Below, one piece after another: positions 59,075-64,000 of a DNA stretch of 64,000 bases. The notes beneath the pieces are model-generated. The model saw only the letters and a program-made list of their open reading frames with translations. It searched no databases and was not told the origin of the DNA. Origin of the DNA: Vicinamibacterales bacterium (GTDB lineage Bacteria > Acidobacteriota > Vicinamibacteria > Vicinamibacterales > 2-12-FULL-66-21). Location of the stretch: NCBI GenBank assembly GCA_035699745.1, contig DASSPH010000099.1, positions 129,841 to 193,840 on the forward strand, given 5' to 3'. The stretch's first letter is position 1, and every line of letters starts with the position of its first letter. The translations under genes and the position numbers were made by a program.

Positions 59075-60202
59075 TCAGAACTGAGGAATGACGATCTTCT
59101 CCCCGCCCGCGAGCGCGCTCTGATGCGCGCAGATGCCCACCATCGTCCAGTTGACGGACGTTTCCGCGTCAGGCATGGCCGGCCGCTCGCCAAGGCAGGC
59201 GAGCAGGAAGTTGTGGACGAGATGCGGGTGCGAGCCGCCGTGGCCGCCGCCCTGGAGAAAGGACAGGTGCTCGGCATCCTGAATCGCCGCCGGCTGCGTG
59301 AAGCGGCGGATCGGTTCCGGCAGCAGGTGCGCGTAATCGGGCACCTTGACGCGTTTCGGAATCTCCGGCTCGCCGAGCGGGGCTTCGGCGGTGCTCTTGG
59401 TGTGGATCACCGGTTCCTCCCCCTCGACCTGCTGCCACTCGAACGACTTCTTCGATCCGTAGGCATCGAAGCTCTCGCGGTACTGGCGGGCGGTGTTGAA
59501 CAGGCTGCGCGTCACCTCGGCGCACACGTCCGAGTCGCGCAGCTTGAATGTGGCCGTCTCAATCGCGAACGGGCTGCCGTACCTGGGAATCAGACGTTCG
59601 TCGATGCGGCCGGAGCCGTGACACACGACGTGCTCGGCGTGCCTGCCGAGGAGCGCGAGGCACGGGCTGACGCAGTGCGTCGCGTAGTGCATCGGCGGAA
59701 ACCCTTCCCAATAGCCCGGCCACCCGTCCATGTCCTGCTGATGGCTGCCGCGGAGAAACTGGATCCGCCCGAGCTCCCCGCGATCGTACAGCTCCTTGAC
59801 GAACAGGTACTCGCGGCTGTAGACGACCGTCTCCATCATCATGTAGACGCGGCCGCTCTTGCGCTGCGACTCGACGATCTGCCGGCATTCGTCGATGGTC
59901 GTCGCCGCCGGCACCGTGCTCGCGACGTGCTTGCCCGCCTTCAGCGCGGCGATCGACTGCGGCGCGTGATCGGCGATCGGCGAGTTGATGTGGACGGCAT
60001 CGACATTCGGGTCCTTCAGCAGCTCGTCGTAGCTGGTATAGCGCGCCTTGATCCCGAACCGATCGCCGCACGCGTCCAGCTCGCGCTTGTCGCGCCGGCA
60101 GATCGCGTACATCTCGGCGCCGGGATGCCGCTGATAGATGGGGATGAACTCCGCTCCGAAGCCGAGACCAACGATTGCGACGCGAATTTTTCTCTCTGCC
60201 AT
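59075..60202 (-). CDS. Gfo/Idh/MocA family oxidoreductase
   Basis: Start MAERKIRVAIVGLGFGAEFIPIY (Rossmann GxGxxA). The track's N-terminal 31 codons translate the heptamer repeat and are not coding. Confidence 0.85.
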   Translation of the reverse strand: MAERKIRVAIVGLGFGAEFIPIYQRHPGAEMYAICRRDKRELDACGDRFGIKARYTSYDELLKDPNVDAVHINSPIADHAPQSIAALKAGKHVASTVPAATTIDECRQIVESQRKSGRVYMMMETVVYSREYLFVKELYDRGELGRIQFLRGSHQQDMDGWPGYWEGFPPMHYATHCVSPCLALLGRHAEHVVCHGSGRIDERLIPRYGSPFAIETATFKLRDSDVCAEVTRSLFNTARQYRESFDAYGSKKSFEWQQVEGEEPVIHTKSTAEAPLGEPEIPKRVKVPDYAHLLPEPIRRFTQPAAIQDAEHLSFLQGGGHGGSHPHLVHNFLLACLGERPAMPDAETSVNWTMVGICAHQSALAGGEKIVIPQF

Positions 60203-60244
60203 CTGGTAACTGGAAACTGGTAACTGGAAACTGGAAACTGGTAA
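60203..60244. repeat. 6x tandem heptanucleotide repeat (CTGGWAA on the + strand; TTWCCAG on the mRNA strand), immediately 5' of the Gfo/Idh/MocA start codon
   Basis: CTGGTAA CTGGAAA CTGGTAA CTGGAAA CTGGAAA CTGGTAA at 60203-60244, abutting CAT (start codon, minus strand) at 60200-60202. Confidence 0.9.
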
Positions 60245-60258
60245 CCGGCACCGGTTAC
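60241..60258. other. Perfect 8-bp palindrome GTAACCGG-CA-CCGGTTAC overlapping the TAA stop of the upstream gene
   Basis: Seen directly in the sequence. The stop codon TTA (reverse complement TAA) lies at 60255-60257, inside the right arm. Confidence 0.7.
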
Positions 60259-63200
60259 TGTCCGCCGCGCCCTCTCCCGGCCGGCGCCACGACATTCAGC
60301 ACGCCGTTCATCGTCCGCCAGTGGGCCGGGAACGTGCAGACGTAGGGGTATTGTCCCACCTGGGCCGGCGCCCGGAACTGCGCCACGATCGTCTCGCCGG
60401 GATTCGCCAGCTTCGTCGAGAACAGGACGACGGGCAGATCCGGCACGTACTGCTGCTGCAGCGCCACCTCGGGTGTGGTCGCCATCCGGTCGGCCGCCTC
60501 GCCGATGACGTTCATCGATCCCGGCGCGCCGAGCACGAAGTTGTGGAGCATCAGGTCCGGGTTGGCGAACACGATCTCGACCAGCTGCCCGGGCGCAACC
60601 GTGATCTGCGACAGATCGAACCGCATCTGGTCTTTGACGGCCGACAGCCGAATCACCACGTCGGGCGCCTGCGAGGCGACGGGCGGCAGCGTCGCCGCCG
60701 CGCCAGAGACGCCCCCGGCGGCGGTCAACGCCACGTGTGCGGCGAGCTCCCCCGGCTTCGCGTAGAGGGCGCCGGCATTCGTCTGCCGTTCGACGCGGTA
60801 CTTCCAGCCGCCCGCCAGGCTGGCGGCAAACCGCGCCGCGCCTCCCAGCTCGCTCGCCGACGGGCCCTCGATGAACATCTGGTCCGGCGCGCCGGTGAAT
60901 CCGCCCTCGCCGCGGCCGTTCTGGATTCGAACGGTGATCGTGTTCGCCCCCTGCCGGAGCGTCCCCTGCGCAACCGCGTAGCGGCCGCTTCCACGCCCGC
61001 CGCCGGGCGCGGCGCCCGGCGGCGCCGGCGCGAAGGACACCGACTGCCCGTTGATCCACACCTCGGCGTTGTTCCGGACCGGCCCGAATGACAAGGTCGC
61101 CGCCTCGGCGCCCCCCTTCCAATCGATCGTCCGTGTGAACCACACCACGCCGTCGAAGTCGGGAAGCCCGCGTGTTTCCCACGCGCCGGGGACCTGGATG
61201 TCCTTCCACTCGGCGGAGAGATCCGCGGCCGCAGGCATGCGCCAGTCCGGCTTCAGATTGCCGAGGCGCAGCGGCACCGGCAGGGCGGCGAACGCCACCG
61301 CCGCCTTGTCCGCCTTGTACATGGCGAGGAAGGGATCCTGATGCCGCGTCGCGGCGATGTAGAAGGCGCGCCCCAGCCACTTGTCGCCGAAGTTCTCCGG
61401 CTTGGCGCTCTCTCGATAGATCGCCTGCCCGATCTCGGCTGACGTGGGCATGTCCGCCACGACGAGCGCGACGGCCAGCCGCGTATGCGGATCGGGGTCC
61501 GCGAGCGCGCCGGCCGACAGGATTGCCGCCGCCGAGGCGGGATCCTTCGGCAGCACCATCGCGGCCGCCTTTCGCACGCCGGCCGCGGGGTGCTTCAGCG
61601 CATCGACCGCGGCACGGAACGCGTCGCTCGTCGTCGAGGTCAGCTCGCCGAGACCGTGCAGCGTCCACAAGGCGTGGAACGCGGCGCCGTTGGTGCCGAC
61701 TTCGTCGACCGACGTGTTGCGCGTCAGCGCGATCAGCTTCGGGACGACATCCTTCTGCCCGCGCTCGACGAGCAGCCGCTGGGCGTGCAGCCGCCACAAC
61801 ATGTTGTCGGACGCGAGGGCCGCCAGCAGCCCGGCCGGATCCTTCTTCGAGAGCGACCGCCGCGGGGCGGCCGGCGCCTTGTTGTAGACGACGCGATAGA
61901 TGCGGCCGCGCTGCTTGTCGCGGAGCGACGTTTCGAACGCGTTCCCGGGGCCGTTGCTGAACCCCGGCGGCGTCGGGTTGTGTTGCTGGATGAAATTGTA
62001 CCAGTCGGCGATCCACACGGCGCCATCGGGGCCGACCTGCGCCTGGATCGGCGCTACCCATTCCTCCGCGCCGGCGAACAGGTTCCAGCCGTCGTGCGCG
62101 ACGAAGCTCGAGCCCTGCTTCTCCATCACCGCCTGGCCGACCAGATGCGCGGTGGGCTCGGTGATGAAGGCGATGCGGTTCCAGTACTGCTTCGGAAACG
62201 ATCGCGCCGTGTAGAGGTAATGCCCTGCAGCCGCGGTGTAGCCGCCGTGGACGTCGACCTGCCGGATGTAGGGAGTCGTGTGATGCACCGCGTAGAACGC
62301 CGCGGAGCTCTGGTAGCCCGGCCCGACGCCGCGGCCGGTGAACGGCCCGCCGGGCAGCCCTTGCAACCCTTCGAAATAGCGGTTCGGGATGGCGACGTAG
62401 AAGCTCGGATCGTTGTTGGCGGTCGATCCGAAGACGTCGAACGTCTCCGAGAACCCGAGGCCCCACGTATTGTTGGTCGAGCCCGTGATGTGCTCGAAGC
62501 CGGTCTTGCCGTCCGGCTTGAAGCGGAACGCCGCCTGCGCGAAGTTGAACGGTTTGCCGCCCACCTGACCGTTGAAGCCCGAGTAGCCGACGACCCCCCA
62601 GATGTGGTTGTCGGGCGCGTACTGGATGTTCGACGCGACCGCGTGGGTGTCGCGAATGCCCCACCCGGTGTGCAGGATCTCGCGCACGTCCGCCTTGTCG
62701 TCGCCGTTGGTGTCCTTCAGGAACAGCGTGTGCGGCGGCTGCGTCACGATCACGCCGTCGTTGGCGAACGCGAGGCTGGTCGGGATGTTCAGGTTGTCGG
62801 CGAACACCGTGAACTTGTCGGCGCGGCCGTCGCCGTTGGTGTCCTCGAGAATCTTGATCCTGTCGCTGCCCGGCTCGCCGTTGAGCGGGACGTTCGGATA
62901 GTCCACCGTCTCGATCACCCAGAGACGGCCGCGCTCGTCGAAGGAGAAGGCGATCGGCTTGATGATCTGCGGCTCGCTGGCGAACAGCTCCACGCGGAAC
63001 TCGGCCGGCACCTGGATGAACTTCATGGACTCTTCGGGGGTGAAGGGCATCTGGTACTTCGGCGCCGGGCTGCGGTTCTCGTAGTTCGGCACCGGCAGGC
63101 CGTCCACGTACACCACCGGCGGCATGCGCGCCTGCTCGGTCCAGGCGGCGCGCGCCGCGTCGTTCACCGCCCACGTGGTGCCGCGCTCGACGAGCGCCTG

Positions 63201-63923
63201 GAACCCCGGGACGTTCCAGGTGCGCTCGTCATGGCCGAACGCGGTGTAGAAGACGCGCCCCTTGCCGTGCGTGCGCACCCAGGTGTACGGCTCGCGCCCC
63301 TGCGCGTCCACGCGCTCCATCAGCACGACCCGATCGACGGGGTTGTGCTTGGTGTGGACGTAGGTTTCGTCCCACGGCGTCGTGAAGTTCTCGAACCCCT
63401 TCATGATCGGATGCTCGGGCTGCACGATCTCGGCGCGGATCTCGCCGGTTCCGTGCCGCTGGAACTGGCCGCCGACGAGCGCGATGAACGGCTCCGAGTT
63501 CTGGAACATGAACGACGCGCAGTGGAGGACGACGAGCCCCTTGCCGCCGGCGACGAAATCGAGCAGCGCCTTCTCCTGCTCGGGCGTGATCTTCGTGTGG
63601 TTGGCGTAGAGCATCAGCGCGTCGTAGTTCGCCAGCGTCTCGGCGTCGAGCGCCTCGTCTGGCGTATTGACGTGCGTGATCTGGATCCCCTTGCGCGCCA
63701 TCGGCGGCGCGAGCACCTGGTACAACGCGGCCGAGTTGTGGTGCCGCTGGTCCTGGCCGAGCATGAGGACCTTGAGGGGCCTGAACGACGCCGCCGCCCG
63801 CTTCGCGGCGGGTGCGGCCCCCTGCCGCGATTGCGCGCCGATCGAGAACGGCGCCAGACCGATTGCGGTTGCGGCGAGTCCCACGGCCAGCCGCACCCAC
63901 CATGCCATGCGTGTCATCGTCAC
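60255..63923 (-). CDS. Large secreted multidomain protein: ThuA-like N-domain, beta-propeller dehydrogenase-like domain, HEAT-like repeats, C-terminal cupredoxin (azurin-like type-1 Cu site)
   Basis: 1222 aa. N-terminal LKVLMLGQDQRHHNS...TAFGHDE (ThuA-like). C-terminal HNFVL...YPYVCTFPAHWRTMNG matches the azurin/plastocyanin His-Cys-His-Met ligand pattern. Confidence 0.8.
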   Translation of the reverse strand: MTMTRMAWWVRLAVGLAATAIGLAPFSIGAQSRQGAAPAAKRAAASFRPLKVLMLGQDQRHHNSAALYQVLAPPMARKGIQITHVNTPDEALDAETLANYDALMLYANHTKITPEQEKALLDFVAGGKGLVVLHCASFMFQNSEPFIALVGGQFQRHGTGEIRAEIVQPEHPIMKGFENFTTPWDETYVHTKHNPVDRVVLMERVDAQGREPYTWVRTHGKGRVFYTAFGHDERTWNVPGFQALVERGTTWAVNDAARAAWTEQARMPPVVYVDGLPVPNYENRSPAPKYQMPFTPEESMKFIQVPAEFRVELFASEPQIIKPIAFSFDERGRLWVIETVDYPNVPLNGEPGSDRIKILEDTNGDGRADKFTVFADNLNIPTSLAFANDGVIVTQPPHTLFLKDTNGDDKADVREILHTGWGIRDTHAVASNIQYAPDNHIWGVVGYSGFNGQVGGKPFNFAQAAFRFKPDGKTGFEHITGSTNNTWGLGFSETFDVFGSTANNDPSFYVAIPNRYFEGLQGLPGGPFTGRGVGPGYQSSAAFYAVHHTTPYIRQVDVHGGYTAAAGHYLYTARSFPKQYWNRIAFITEPTAHLVGQAVMEKQGSSFVAHDGWNLFAGAEEWVAPIQAQVGPDGAVWIADWYNFIQQHNPTPPGFSNGPGNAFETSLRDKQRGRIYRVVYNKAPAAPRRSLSKKDPAGLLAALASDNMLWRLHAQRLLVERGQKDVVPKLIALTRNTSVDEVGTNGAAFHALWTLHGLGELTSTTSDAFRAAVDALKHPAAGVRKAAAMVLPKDPASAAAILSAGALADPDPHTRLAVALVVADMPTSAEIGQAIYRESAKPENFGDKWLGRAFYIAATRHQDPFLAMYKADKAAVAFAALPVPLRLGNLKPDWRMPAAADLSAEWKDIQVPGAWETRGLPDFDGVVWFTRTIDWKGGAEAATLSFGPVRNNAEVWINGQSVSFAPAPPGAAPGGGRGSGRYAVAQGTLRQGANTITVRIQNGRGEGGFTGAPDQMFIEGPSASELGGAARFAASLAGGWKYRVERQTNAGALYAKPGELAAHVALTAAGGVSGAAATLPPVASQAPDVVIRLSAVKDQMRFDLSQITVAPGQLVEIVFANPDLMLHNFVLGAPGSMNVIGEAADRMATTPEVALQQQYVPDLPVVLFSTKLANPGETIVAQFRAPAQVGQYPYVCTFPAHWRTMNGVLNVVAPAGRGRGGQ

Positions 63924-64000
63924 TGCCTTTCGCGTCCCGGCGCCGGTGTAAGCGCTTTCACAGAGGCCGCATGCTACCGCAAAATCCCGTCAGAGCATAC

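Noticed and set aside
57419-60223. 934-aa plus-strand ORF spanning the isomerase/ThuA/oxidoreductase genes in antisense
   Set aside because: It overlaps three well-supported minus-strand genes and its translation is Arg/Asp/Gly-rich junk.
60203-60244. Heptamer tandem repeat as a possible CRISPR array
   Set aside because: The units are 7 nt and directly adjacent, with no spacers and no cas genes.

Overview
This is a 64-kb, high-GC (about 70%) bacterial chromosomal segment, and the GC content produces many long spurious Arg/Ala/Gly-rich ORFs in the six-frame track. Gene content suggests Acidobacteriota: tandem PadR/FtsX-permease cassettes, TonB receptors with a carboxypeptidase-regulatory-like N-terminus, and PSCyt/DUF1549/DUF1553/DUF1501 proteins. 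This assignment is an inference, not a database result. Main contents, in window order: (1) A minus-strand operon 9257->1 encoding a TonB-dependent receptor, a PIG-L deacetylase fused to a ThuA-like domain, a TPR protein, a VWA protein, MoxR and a DUF58 protein that is cut by the window edge. (2) A small unannotated lipoprotein ORF, a DUF2071 protein with an ATP-grasp ligase, a GNAT acetyltransferase, class-I xylose isomerase, a PQQ-type beta-propeller protein, and an nrfH-nrfA nitrite reductase pair preceded by an overlapping FG-GAP gene. (3) A second, very long minus-strand operon 32974->23680 encoding a flotillin/SPFH protein, two RDD proteins, a SpoIIM-like protein, a membrane protein, DUF4129, DUF4350, MoxR and DUF58, with a sigma70-like promoter and a structured leader. 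(4) A low-GC island (about 39.8-43.3 kb) inserted between two paralogous PadR-FtsX permease cassettes. It carries an AbiEi/AbiEii-like toxin-antitoxin module and an HNH nuclease-like gene. The AbiEii gene appears frameshifted at a (CT)4 tract and has a C-terminal WYL-like plus zinc-finger extension. (5) A block of PSCyt1-domain, DUF1501, sugar isomerase, ThuA, Gfo/Idh/MocA and cupredoxin-containing multidomain proteins. Upstream of the Gfo/Idh/MocA start codon sits a 6x heptanucleotide tandem repeat. No rRNA, tRNA or CRISPR array was seen. The candidates most worth follow-up are the two differently decorated MoxR-DUF58 operons, the AbiE-WYL island, the conserved motif upstream of both padR genes, and the heptamer repeat leader.
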